The notes below the pieces were generated by a model. That model was not told the origin of the DNA, did not search any database, and saw nothing but the letters and a program-made list of their open reading frames with translations. From positions 1 through 64,000 of the forward strand of contig NW_027272029.1 of the NCBI RefSeq assembly GCF_040938485.1: 64,000 nt of DNA, in the 5' to 3' direction. A program made the position numbers and the translations under genes. This document shows, piece after piece, positions 51,805-64,000 of this stretch; within the stretch, counting starts at the first letter, position 1, and each line of letters begins with the position of its first letter. This DNA comes from Diadema antillarum. Taxonomy: Eukaryota.

Positions 51805-54800
51805 CCACGCAAAAATCTTGGACCAGCAATTTCCTCCTTGTGTTCGCGACAGACGAAAGCCTTCGATAAGTGCAACGGGAGTCTCGGGGTAGCACGCCGA
51901 GTGTGGACGTGTGGTATGGCTTCCCAAAAACAATTTAACGGTGGTGCGCACATTGATTTTTTGATTGCGAAAATCCACCGAAAAAAAACCAAAATGTGCC
52001 AAGACTGTGGATGGCGTTAGAGAATGATTCTTGCGTCCCTATTTACTGTTTACTAGAAGATGTACCCTGGTATTCCTGAACGTTCTAATGTCAAGGATTC
52101 AAGCGAGGGACAAAGATAATGTGAACGCAGATCACCGAGCATATTTCGTGAGAAGCAAGAGTGTGGAGACAACTTCAAATGTTGCCATTCGCCAACCTTC
52201 AGTTCATGCTGCACTAATGTATCTTGTCGCCATGTAGTTTTGAGAACGCAGATGTTCTTCCGATTGGTCAGTTTACAGAGAGTTGACGTCCTCTCAGCCA
52301 ATCAGGATTTTTCTTTCATTTTACTTCATACTGTTCAAGTTGTCAATAGTTCTGTCACGCGTTCGAGAACATGCTAACAAAGATCGGACAGTGAATTTTC
52401 GTGATGAAGTCGTGTGCGTATGTTTCCTCGATTCTGTTCTCTGCAGTTTCAAAGAATTTCTCACAGAAGATGCAATATATTTTGATGTTGATAAAATGAC
52501 ACTTAGTGTATGTAATTTTCTTGAACTTTAGTTACATGACATTTATTCTGCCTGAGCTAATATCACATTTTATCTTCGGGTTTTTTTTTTTTTACTTTTC
52601 GGTGCAACGTTAATTGTAGAATATTTTATGCAATTGGCTCAATTACAATCGACGTATTGCATTGTGCGTATAAATCATGTTGTAATTTTAAAACTTCGAA
52701 TCAAATTGAACATTGAATTTAGACTCCTTGTCAAATATGCGAATATTCACCCAAGATTATGGGGAAAATCTCTTATTTTATATATGATATAATCGATGAT
52801 AGGCATATCCGAGTTTAGAAACACAAAACAAAATATATCATAGAATTCAATATGATTGTCGCAATTGCATAATCTAGTGATATAAGCTCAATATGGAATG
52901 CAGCCCTCAGTGTGTCTCGGTAATTAAAAGACTACAATAATTTGTTGTAAAGGATACTTCGTATTCTTATTGCTTTCACATGAAAGAGGGGAGATTTAGC
53001 AAATACAAGGTGCTTTTGAGTATGATTCAATGGTAGATTTGTGAGGTAGCTCTGGTAATATGAATATGTGGCCCGGGGTTTGTGGTTGCGATTAATACAC
53101 GTACCATTGATTCATGAAAACGGATCAAAATTTACAATTCCACAAATTTCTCAGCTAAGGTCCAATTTCAAGAAACCGTTCTAATCATCGGATTTTACTT
53201 TTTAAAGCCAACGTGAACATGTGAAATTGCACTTTTAATCTTTAAGAAGTAGTTGATTGTTTTGTTTGTGAGGACAAGCAGGAAGCGATTTTTTCCTTTA
53301 ATTTTACATTAAAGCTAAAATCTAACTATCAAAATTCAATGAAGTAGAGCAAAAAATGTGTCACTCATAATGTTATGAAAGAGAGAAACTATTAGTATGT
53401 GATTTATGATTTTCTGTAACAGTGGAAATTTTGGCAGTGAGGAATCTTCCACGCATTTCACGGGATGCGAAACTAGCATGGAAATTAATGCTTGCTTGAT
53501 ATATGTAATACTACTTGATATTTTGATTTTTGTGGAATTAAAAAATAAGCGAAATTAATCGTACCAGTCCGAGAGCGAAAAACTACTACATTGTACTGCA
53601 GAAATTTCCACTTTTACAGTATCGCGTTCTGCCTCATGGCAGGTACAACTGTTCAATACAATGTAAAAGAGAAAACCATGGAGTGTTAACTTGTGTGAAC
53701 TCAGCCAGAAATGTGCAAAAGTGATAATGCAGATTCTTTGTAAACTCACACGACCACAGGGGTGGTAGTCTTATGTATTTCCAGATTTGACGTGGGTATT
53801 TACTCCACTTATTCTGCATAACTTCCCCACTGGCAAATTCTCTCAATGTTTATCAGATTTCCTATCAAGATGGCATCTAACAAGATTAGATCAAGATGGC
53901 ATCTAACAAGATTAGATTGACAATCTGATATCAGAAATATGCTTGTCACCGCACAATACGATGTCGGCACTTTCACTTTGAAAATCAATCGGTATTCAGG
54001 GCTGCTCAACGCAGTTCTCTGCTTCCAGAGAGAATTTTCTACAGACTAAGACTGCAATATAAGTGTCACAGAGTAATGTGATGCGATGTGAATTATACAG
54101 TATACCTGTAACGAAATCAAGTCAAGACACAGAGATTTTACCGAGTTGTAACAGTATGCAGAAATATTTCTCACTTCAACTTATTGTCATGCAGATATAA
54201 GTTACTGAAGTGAATAATTGTACACTGTCAGTATATCATTTCAATTTTAGATTTTTTTCTTTCAGTTCTTGTTCAATCTGCACATCCACAACTCCTCCAC
54301 TGTACATCCAATCTCTCTCTTCCTCTACACACACACACACACACACACAAACACTATCTCTCTCTCTCTATCTCTCTTGTAAATTCTTCGCACCCTCTAT
54401 TTGGAAAGGTGTAAACTCGCACGTCCCATGAGAAAGATAAGGGCATTAATGTGCCACTAACGGCATAGGTTATGGGAACCTGAACGCCCTTATCTTTCTC
54501 AAGCGGTGACAAATGTTTTTCATACAATATATCCTATTGGGTTCTATCTTAAATACCACACATGATGGTGATACTGCTTGTTAGGAAAGGAAAATGTTAT
54601 CACCATGCCTTTGCATGCATTCAATACCATATTTTTTTTTTCATCTTTATTGTTTCATTCATTTTCATGTGCATGTTTGTGTCATGATTTTTGTACTTTG
54701 TAACTCACTTTTCCTACTGCGCCTTGAGCACGTTAGTTATGTGGAATNNNNNNNNNNNNNNNNNNNNNNNNNNNNNNNNNNNNNNNNNNNNNNNNNNNNN

Positions 54801-55261
54801 NNNNNNNNNNNNNNNNNNNNNNNNNNNNNNNNNNNNNNNNNNNNNNNNNNNNNNNNNNNNNNNNNNNNNNNNNNNNNNNNNNNNNNNNNNNNNNNNNNNN
54901 NNNNNNNNAGCTTCCACACTCTCCTCACATTACTTCTACCAGACAAAGTACTGTACAGAAATGAGGCAATGAGAAAGCAGAAATTATATTTTTATGCATA
55001 ATCTGTTTTATAGTTGTACTGCAGATGTTGTAACACATGGTGTTCATGTTCTGTATATTTCTTTTTCTTTTTTTTTATAAAATGTTGTATGAAATGCTTC
55101 AAACAGATGTTTAGTAAGTATCAGCAAATCACAATATATATTACACTTTTGAGGATCTCCAGACTGCTGAAGACTTGTGTTTTGTGTGTGAACCCTGGCT
55201 TCCATATCACTGCTGAAACTGCAACATTCAACCCATGCCTTGCCATTCAAAATTCTCTTTC

Positions 55262-55700
55262 TTAAAGGTATTAGCTCACATTTGTAAACCTACAGCAATT
55301 GGTCTCATAGTTAGCATGGAGTTTGGGTATGACTGCAGTAACACCTGTGCAAAATTTCGTTCAGACTGGTCCATTACTTTCATAAAAATAAATGAAAATG
55401 CACCGTATGCATGCGTATAACGCTCGCTAGCTCTGGTTCACGTATGTACTACATGCATGCGATACATGTGTAAGTTACATTTACGTAGCTAGCCCGCGCT
55501 CGGAATTCGATTTTGGGTCGGGTTGACCCGGTTTGAAAATTGATTTTAAAACGATAATTTTCTCTCTTTTATCGAATGGTATAGACAAAGAGCAACAGAT
55601 GAGGTATGTTACTGTTATAACTTGTACTTGAAGTCATATTGGACCTATTTTATGCAGTTTTGATTTTCGTGGGTTTGCAAATGTGGGCTAATACCTTTAA
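55262..55700. mobile_element. Kolobok-like MITE, family C
   Basis: TTAA-aggtattagctcacatttgtaaacc ... gggtttgcaaatgtgggctaatacct-TTAA: ~25-bp TIR with TTAA duplication. Confidence 0.8.
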
Positions 55701-56286
55701 TGTATTAATCAATTAATTATTATTATTATTTTTTTTTTTGTAAGTGGGGGTGGGGGAGTTGATCTTTGACCCTGGCAAGCTGCCACAAGCAAGAATACCA
55801 GGTCTACAAAAGGAGAATCTGTTCAACAATATTCCAATCACAAATTGTAGATTGTCTTTCCTGCAATTCCCACCATTCCACAACAAAATAAAAGGTAAAA
55901 CGTAAAAAAAAAAAAAAAAAAATGATTGAAATCGCTCTACTGAAATATAAGTCTATTTCTGATTTGGTTACGGACACTTTTTCACTTCATGATTTTCCTT
56001 GATCCTGACGTCAAGAACACAAAATTAATCCCACTTTATGTTTTGCTGATACTGGTAAAGGGATACTGGGGTATTTTAAGCATGCCAAAATTTGCAAACA
56101 CTACCAACACGTCCGGTGGAGACTGATTTAACAACAACAAAGGACAAGTGTTTTACTGCCCTTTGTCATTGCATTCCCGCTGATAATTTTTACACATTTT
56201 GCTGGTTTCCCCAACTTGATTTTATCATCTGGTGTGACTGCTCCCTCACACCTTTGTGAGAATGAACCACTCTTATACACAGAAAT

Positions 56287-56343
56287 CATGAATATGCATC
56301 ATAACACCATGAATATGCATCATAACACCATGAATATGCATCA
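56287..56343. repeat. 21-bp minisatellite, ~2.7 copies (catgaatatgcatcataacac), in the inferred EF1 3' UTR
   Basis: Direct reading. Confidence 0.9.
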
Positions 56344-56749
56344 ATCTCAGACAGGGCGGGGAGATGTCTTATCTGACAGAAACCATGGTTATTCCTGGGA
56401 CTGGCAGTATGCCTAAGCTGTCTAACCATATTTCCAAAACCACCGTCAAAGCTAAAATCTTGTCAGAGAAAACCAGGGAGGGTGCTAACTTGAAAGAAAA
56501 ATTGCCTCCGACCCATTGAGGAAGAGAAGGGCGTAAGACTACCCATTCAAATTCGATTTAGCTTTTGAGAACAGTATGTGGAGTTTTATCTGTGTAAGGC
56601 TGTGGGACTAAGGGAAATTTGAAATCACACATCCTACAAACTGGCAGTCAAGGGTGTATCATGGACTCGGTGGGGATGGGTGAAGTCTTTCGGGAGAGGA
56701 AAGTTCGATGAATTCTTCAGACTTTTGATGGATTCCAGGAGAGGTCGCG

Positions 56750-56788
56750 TTACACTTTATTGAAGGCAGCAATGTCTACACTCTGAAT
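56750..56788 (-). CDS. EEF1D: Last coding exon of eukaryotic elongation factor 1-delta (or 1-beta); upstream exons not found in the window
   Basis: The minus strand reads ttctcactttcccccttatgtacccacag|ATT CAG AGT GTA GAC ATT GCT GCC TTC AAT AAA GTG TAA = IQSVDIAAFNKV*, the conserved EF1-beta/delta C-terminus (vertebrate EEF1D VQSVDIAAFNKI). Beta versus delta cannot be settled from 12 aa. Too short for the ORF track. Confidence 0.85.
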   Translation of the reverse strand: MQSVDIAAFNKV

Positions 56789-57232
56789 CTGTGGGTACAT
56801 AAGGGGGAAAGTGAGAACGAGAGAGAGAGAGAGAGAAAAAAAAAAAACATGTGATGGAAATGCAATGTGAAGTGTAATCAGATTACAATACGGAAAGGCA
56901 TGGACCCCATAAAAACTACAAAATAAAGATATTGGCTGGCAATAATTTCAAATTGTTCAAAAATAATAAATGTAATATCACACCTACCTCTTCTCCAAAT
57001 TTCTATGTCTTAGAAAGTCTTGACATTTGAAACTCTTGTAAATTTTCATGAAAGACTGTATGAAATGACACGACAGGCTGTGCCTTGAATAAGCTTATGT
57101 TCATATGCCTACTCTCATGCATTTGAACGCATCTAAACACAACCAATTTTCTCAAATATGTTTCTCTAGTTGCTGACTCACTTTCCAGTTTCATAAGACA
57201 CACATTTGTGACACAACATCTCTAGATAGAAT

Positions 57233-57416
57233 TGTATCAGGGCAATTACTCCCAGCTAAATACTGGTTAGTGATAAGGTTAGAGTAAAGATTAGGGTAAA
57301 GGTTAGGTTTAGAGTTAGAGTTTGTGTTAGGATTGGGATTAGGTTCCCAATTAAGATCAGGGTTAGGTTAACTTAGGGTCAGGGGTAATTGTCCAGGGGG
57401 TAATTGCCCTAGAACC
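57233..57416. mobile_element. Small MITE-like repeat with a degenerate TTAGGG interior
   Basis: Inverted agggcaattac / gtaattgccct near the ends; interior ttagggtaaaggttaggtttagagttag... Confidence 0.55.
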
Positions 57417-57988
57417 AGTTGAAACATTTCAGTGAATGATAAGCACGACACTATGCACTGAGAAAAAAAAAAAAACACATCCTGAGACATTTACCAACAG
57501 CAAATAGGCGCAAAGCTGAATGACGAGGAAAATAACTAGGTAAATACAGTTTTTCCCCCTCTCTCCCTTTTTATCAAGTACCATGACTACAAACCTAATT
57601 ATGAAGCTTACTGCTACTTACTGCTTAACTCTTTAACACTAAATGCAATGAAATGTGGTCTTGAACCATGAGGGCGCACTTCCATATCTGATGTTCTAAT
57701 TAATAGGGGAACTCCTCTTTAATGCGCAACCAACTTTCATACACAAACAAAAAATCAATATATACAACAGTGTATGTTTTACTTAATCCGACATAAGAAT
57801 AATGGAATTACAGATATTTTCATATTCACAGAAAAGAAATAGATGAAGGAGAGGTGTTATTGCGTCAAAAATGAAATTTCAATAACTTCCTTGGCTTATG
57901 TCAGATCTGACAAAAACTTCTCCTGCTCTATTCACTTGATTTTGACCCAACTGTAAAGGTAAACCCAATCATGGAGTGCGATTTCTCT

Positions 57989-59291
57989 TTAAAGGACAAG
58001 TTCACCTTCATTAACATAAGGATTGAGAGAATGTAGCAATATTAGTAGAACACATCAGTGAAAGTTTGAGGAAGGTCGGACAATCCATTCAAAAGTTATG
58101 AATTTTTGACGTTTTGTGCAGTCACCGCTGGATGAGAAGACTACTGCAGTGTATGATGTCACATGGGCACAACAATATAAGGAAAATATAAAGAGAATTT
58201 CACAAAATTTCATCTTTTGAAAAAAGTACACATTCCCTTGGCTTGTTACTGACATATGTTATGGGTAATATTATTCCCATTGCCTTTAGAAAGAGGCAAG
58301 TCAAGTGCTCTTTTATTATGCGTAAAAAATGAAAATATGTTGAATTTTCTTTACATGTTCTTTATACTGTTGTACTCATATGACATCACAAGCCTTAGTA
58401 GTCTTCTCATCCAGCGGTTCCAACACAAACATTTTAAAAATTCATAACTTTTGCATTGATTGTCCAATTTTCCTCAAACCTTCACTGATGTGTTCTACTA
58501 AGGCCCCCCCCCCCCCCCACCCCCCCCCCCAAAAAAAAAAAAGTTGTATTGGCGTAACATGAGATTTTCAAATAGGGTCGGTCGGGCGGATTTTTTTTTT
58601 TTTTTTGCTACCTGCATTTATACGTGTATAACTTGTGCTCAGCAAACAGTTACAACTACAACTACTGCATCGTATGTGCTGTGTTCATCTATTCTACAAA
58701 TCATTTATGAGGCCGATATTACTCGAATTATACCCCTTCACAGAATTTAAAGATGTTGAAATCCCTATCCTGAATGTTTTCACTTCATATTTTACTATTT
58801 TGACTTAGATAAGACAGATGCAAATTGACCCATATGTATTATCTTTTCATCGCACACGGCGATCTCTATTACAGTCCCACATATACAGATTCGTGTAAGT
58901 TCTCCACACAAGAAACCTATGGCAAAACTGTGCACAATACATTGTAGTCTGAATGCTAAGTATACACCGTATAAATCTTGATAGAGTACGCGTCCGTGTT
59001 GGAAACAGATGACGTACTGAGCAAGTGAGGCTATGCGAGGCGCTAGCGAGATCTCTCCCTCGTACATTCGATATCCCCAGAGCCGTTTCCACTTCCGGGT
59101 TTTTTGCGATCGTGATCGCAGTCAAGAAGATACTTGATATCGATAGCAAAAAAAAAAAAAAAAAAAAAAAATAGGGTCGGCGGAATTTTTAGGGTCGGGC
59201 GGGTTACGCCAATACAACAATTTTTTTTTTTTGCCTAATATTGCTGCATTCTCTCAATCCTTATGTTTATGAAGGTGAACTTGTCCTTTAA
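57989..59291. mobile_element. Kolobok/Angel-like MITE, family B, copy 3, interrupted by a 734-bp insertion
   Basis: Both TTAA-agg/cct-TTAA ends are present. The host sequence gtgttctac-TAA-tattgctgc is split at 58501/59236. Confidence 0.85.
58502..59235. mobile_element. PIF/Harbinger-like non-autonomous element nested in the family B MITE
   Basis: 3-bp TAA duplication (58499-58501, 59236-59238), GGC...GCC ends, and subterminal inverted repeat gttgtattggcgtaac / gttacgccaatacaac. Confidence 0.8.
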
Positions 59292-59508
59292 TGATACAAT
59301 GTACATCATGCTTATAAACTTAGCACCTCTGTTTGCTTACTTGTTTTTCGGTATTTTCTACCACCATACACACAATACCACGGACATACTTGTGTTAATA
59401 TAAATAGCTTCTTAACTGAACAACAGCAATTCATGCTAGTGCATGGCCATTTCCTCAGTTTTCTTGAATTATAGCTGAACCTCATTATAAAAAGGTCAGG
59501 TATAAAAA

Positions 59509-61785
59509 CAAGAGACCCGCGGGTCTAGCGCTCACCTGAGTATCGCAAGTTCACCTTTCACGCAGTCACTAATCTAAATTATTCACAGCTCTACCAAAAT
59601 TTGACCAGGCATTCTCAAGTAGAAGATGAAAATGTACAATAAGGGCCCAAATTTTTTAAAGATTCCTTAATTTGGGGGGATTGGGGCCCCCTGGGGCCCT
59701 CTGGGTGGGGCATGGTGCCCATTTTTATAAATTGAGATCCTGACTCCCCTAGGGATGCTACCTGCCAAGTTTGACGAAAATACATCATGAGGTTTTCAGG
59801 AAGAAGATGAAAATGTACAATTCAGGCCCCCATTTGGACCTTCCCAACCAACCCCCCCCCCCCCCCCTGCCCTCAAGAGGGGCACCCCTGGATCTCCTAT
59901 GAACAAACTTGAAATTACAGTCATTAATGTACTCACTCATAGTATTATCTTAGCTCTATAACTTCTGATTCTAGAGAAGATTTTTAAAGATTCCTTCATT
60001 TTGGGGGTTTGGGCCCCCCTGGGGGCCCCCTGGGTGGGGCATGGTGCCCATTTTAACAAATTGAGATCCTAACCCCCTAGGGATGCTACCTGCCAAGTTT
60101 GGTGAAAATGGGTCATGGGGTTCTCAAGAAGAAGATAAAAATGTACAATTTAGGCCCCATTAGGACCCCTCCTCACCCCCCTCCCCTGGGTCCCAAGGGG
60201 GGCACCCCTGATTCTGCCATGAACAAACTTGAAACTACAGTCATCAATGTACAAACTCACAGTATTAACTTAGCTCTATCACTTCTGGTTCTAGAGAAGA
60301 AGATTTTTACAGATTCCTTAATTTTGGGGCATTTGGGCCCCCTGGGAGCCCCCTGGGTGGGGCATGGTACAAATTTTTTCACAAATTGAGTTCCTAACCC
60401 CCTAGGGATGCTACCTGCCAAGTTTGGTGAAAATGGGTCATGGGGTTCTCAAGAAGAAGATGAAAATGTACAATTTAGGCCCCATTAGAACCCCTCCCCA
60501 CCCCCCTCCCCTGGGTCCCAAGGGGGGCACCCCTGATTCTGCCATGAACAAACTTGAAACTACAGTCATCAATGTACTAACTCATAGTATTAACTTAGCT
60601 CTATCACTTCTGGTTCTAGAGAAGAAGATATTTACAGATTCCTTAATTTTGAGGGGTTTGGGCCCCCCTGGGGGCCCCTGGGTGGGGCATGGTGCCCATT
60701 TTAACAAATTGAGTTCCTGACCCCCTCGGGATGCTACCTGCCAAGTTTGATGAAAATCCATCACGAGGTGTTCAGGAAGAGAAGATGAAAATGTACAATT
60801 CAGGCCCCCATTTGGACCTTCCCAACCACCCCCCCCCCCCACCCCTGCCCCCAAGAGGGGCACCCCTGGATCTCCTATGAACAAACTTGAAACTACAGTC
60901 ATTAATGTACTCACTCGTAGTATTATCTTAGCTCTATAACTTCTGATTCTAGAGAAGATTTTTAAAGATTCCTTCATTTTGGGGGTGTGGGGCCCCCTGG
61001 GGCCCCCTGGGTGGGGCATGGTGCCCATTTTAACAAATTGAGATCCTAACCCCTTAGGGATGCTACCTGCCAAGTTTGGTGAAAATGGGTCATGGGGTTC
61101 TCAAGAAGAAGATAAAAATGTACAATTTAGGCCCCATTAGGACCCCTCCTCACCCCCCTCCCCTGGGTCCCAGGGGGGGGGGGGGCACCCCTGATTCTGC
61201 CATGAACAAACTTGAAACTACAGTCATTAATGTACTCACTCATAGTATTAACTTAGCTCTATCACTTCTGGTTCTAGAGAAGAAGATTTTTACAGATTCC
61301 TTAATTTTGGGGGGGGGGGGGGGGTTTGGGCCCCATGGGGGCCCCGTGGGTGGGGCATGGTGCCCATTTTAAGAAATTGAGTTCCTAACCCCCTACAGAT
61401 GCTACCTGCCAAGTTTGGTGAAAATGGGTCATGGGGTTCTTAAGAAGAAGATGAAAATGTACAATTTAGGCCCCATTAGAACCCCTCCCCACCCCCCTCC
61501 CCTGGGTCCCAAGGGGGGCACCCCTGATTCTGCCATGAACAAACTTGAAACTACAGTCATCAATGTACTAACCCATAGTATTAACTTAGCTCTATCACTT
61601 CTGGTTCTAGAGAAGAAGATTTTTACAGATTCCTTAATTTTGGGGGGTTTGGGCCCCCTGGGGGCCCCCTGGGTGGGGCATGGTGCCCATTTTAACAAAT
61701 TGAGTTCCTAACCCCCTAGGGATGCTACCTGCCAAGTTTGATGAAAATCGGTCTTGGGGTTTTCAAGAAGAAGATGAAAATGTAA
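59509..61785 (-). mobile_element. Helitron/Helentron-like non-autonomous element carrying a tandem array of ~325-bp monomers; distal part displaced by a second element
   Basis: The left end aa|caag is followed by the palindrome agacccgcgggtct (59513-59526), i.e. on the minus strand a subterminal hairpin then CTTG|TT. The motif ggatgctacctgccaagttt recurs at ~59753, 60081, 60406, 60729, 61058, 61397 and 61720. Superfamily assignment is inference. Confidence 0.65.
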
Positions 61786-64000
61786 CTAGACTTGGAATTT
61801 GTCAAGACTGACAAATTAGGTGATCCGATTTTTTTTAATCAATGATTCGAGTCCTGATCGCAATAGGCATGACCATATAGGTTTCATCTGTGTTTAGAGA
61901 CATTGGACGTGTGATATTTGGATTCTCATTTAGAAAAGAGAGTTAGGTCTGCTATCTCTGTTACCAAATTCGGTATACACTATAAAGAAGATACAGAATG
62001 AAGTATATTTGACCATTGACCCAACTTTGCACAGCCAAGATGGCATCTGACCAAAAAGTGGTTATTTTGTGAAATGATTCTTGTAACATGGCCTTTGCGT
62101 GTGTAAAATATGGGAAAGATAGGACATGTATTCACCAAGATACAGGTTAAAACATTTATGACCTTTGACCCTAATTTACATACCCAAGATGGTGTCTGAT
62201 CAAGTAGTTGTTATTTTATGAAATAATGTACGTGACATAAACTAAACATGTGCCAAATATGGGGATGATAGGGGCTGTTTTTCTTGAGTTATTGCAAAGA
62301 AAGTTGCAGAGAGAAAGAAATATCTCAATACATCGAATATAAGTTTGATGTCAACCAAGTTTTTACGTGATCTCGGCATCGTATGAAAAAATGAAGAATC
62401 ACTGATGATAGCCCAAAGTCTCAGCTACATCATATTAAAATCTGGGAGAAATTTACAGAAGAGTAAGTGAGGTAGTGCTCGATAAAGAAAGTCATGTCAA
62501 TTTTCATTTCCAGAAAAATTCCCTCCCATAGAGATAACACGTAAACTGGTTAAATTTGACAAGGTTACATTATATCCATTTTCACGTGGTGAAGACATCA
62601 TCCGATTAAAACTTTGATTAACAAAACTTAAAGAGTATTACATTGGCTACAACATACTAACATCTGGAAGAAATTCACCGAAGGGTAATTGAGCTAGTCG
62701 TCGATAAAGACAATCATGTCAATTTTCACATCTAGAAAAATTCCCTCCCATAGAGATAACACGTCATAATAAAGATAAAGAAAGAAGTACATATGACCTT
62801 TGACCCTACTTTGCACAGACAAGATGGCGTCTGAGCAAAAAGTGGTTATTTTGTGAAATGATTCTTGTAACATGGTCTTTACGTATGCAAAATATGGGAA
62901 AGATAAGACATGTATTAACCAAGATACAGGATGAAACATTTTTGACCTTTGACCCTAATTTACATACCCAAGAAGGTGCCCGATCAAGTAGTTGTTATTT
63001 TATGAAATAATGTACGTGACATAAACTAAACATGTGCAAAATATTGGGCTGATAGAGCTTGTTTTTCTTGAGTTATTGCAAAGAAAGTTGCAGAAAGAAA
63101 GGAATATGAAAATACATGGAAGATAAGCTTTAATTTCAACCAAGTTTTTGGGCATGATGCCGACTCCGTATGAAAAAACGAAGGGCACATTAACGATAGC
63201 CCAAAGTCTCAGCTACAACATACTAAAATATGGGAGAAATTCACCGAAGCATAAGTGAGCTAGTGCTCGATAAAGATAGTCATGTCAGTTTTCATTTCCA
63301 GAAAAACTGCACTCCCATAGAGATAACACGTAAACTGGTCAAATTTGACAAGATTACTTTAAATCCATTTTTACGAGGTGATGCCGTCATCCAATCAAAT
63401 TGTTGTTATTATATATCTGAAAGACCATTTAATAAGCTACAACATATTGAAATTTGGACGTAAATCAATTAAAGAAAAAGTGAGATATGCTTGAATGAAC
63501 TTGAAATTTGATGACGTCATTTTGAAAATTTACTTTTTTAACTTTATTAAGAAATTTGATATCTTTGAATGACTTTTTCAGTATCGCCAACCCATAAACT
63601 GACATGTACAACTCATCAGCTTTCAGAATATGTAAAGAAAATGGGGGGTCACCGTCCATCCTGACGAGTAAAATCGGATTTAAAATTGGCGGTTTTGGGG
63701 CATTGTTGTACTGTATATCGCCATTGACGCGCGCGCGGAATTTCAACTTTGACAGTCCCGTATGACGTCATATTGAGTCGGATTGACTTGAAACTTGCTA
63801 GAAATATTCCTTGACTTTTCAGACATCCGATAAATGTAAAAAATCGGGAAATTTCTGTTGCATATGAGCTGTACGTGCGTATATGTGCGCGCGCGTACGC
63901 GTCCGTCCAATTTTTTCAATTTTTCAAAAAATGCTCCAAATGGTCTGAAACGTATGCAAAAAAAATTTGAGCTTGATTGGAGCATACAAATATTTCAACG
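61786..64000 (-). mobile_element. Second Helitron-like element with internal repeats, running off the window
   Basis: The end aa|ctag is followed by the hairpin aatttgtca-agac-tgacaaatt (61796-61817), i.e. hairpin...CTAG|TT on the minus strand. Internal duplicated blocks at ~62010-62340 / ~62795-63120 and ~62408 / ~62690 / ~63195. Confidence 0.65.

Noticed and set aside
60099-61711. Four near-identical ~97-aa ORFs (MVKMGHGVLKKK...) and a 163-aa antisense ORF
   Set aside because: They are translations of the tandem monomer. Homopolymer length changes shift frames between copies, and there is no recognisable domain.

Overview
Eukaryotic genomic scaffold: AT-rich, spliceosomal introns, five sized N gaps and many microsatellites. 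The repeat landscape and EF1 C-terminus suggest a marine invertebrate, most likely a sea urchin (inference). No prokaryotic systems, CRISPR arrays, rRNA or tRNA were recognised. Best-supported genes: (1) an intronless Tctex-1 family dynein light chain at 27930-28478 (+); (2) an uncharacterised 4-exon protein of about 259 aa at 48496-51804 (+), whose first three exons join in frame at canonical splice sites; (3) the last coding exon (IQSVDIAAFNKV*) of an elongation factor 1-beta/delta gene at 56750-56788 (-), whose upstream exons must lie beyond the window. Two in-phase exons of an unidentified minus-strand gene (27332-27482, 26192-26285) suggest that the Tctex-1 gene is nested in, or overlaps, an antisense gene. 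Much of the rest is non-autonomous mobile DNA: TTAA-flanked Kolobok/Angel-like MITEs of at least three families, a TAA-flanked Harbinger-like MITE nested in one of them, LINE 3' remnants sharing a conserved stem-loop, and two stacked Helitron/Helentron-like elements. The first of these carries an ABC-ABC higher-order array of ~325-bp monomers. All alignments and coordinates were made by eye.
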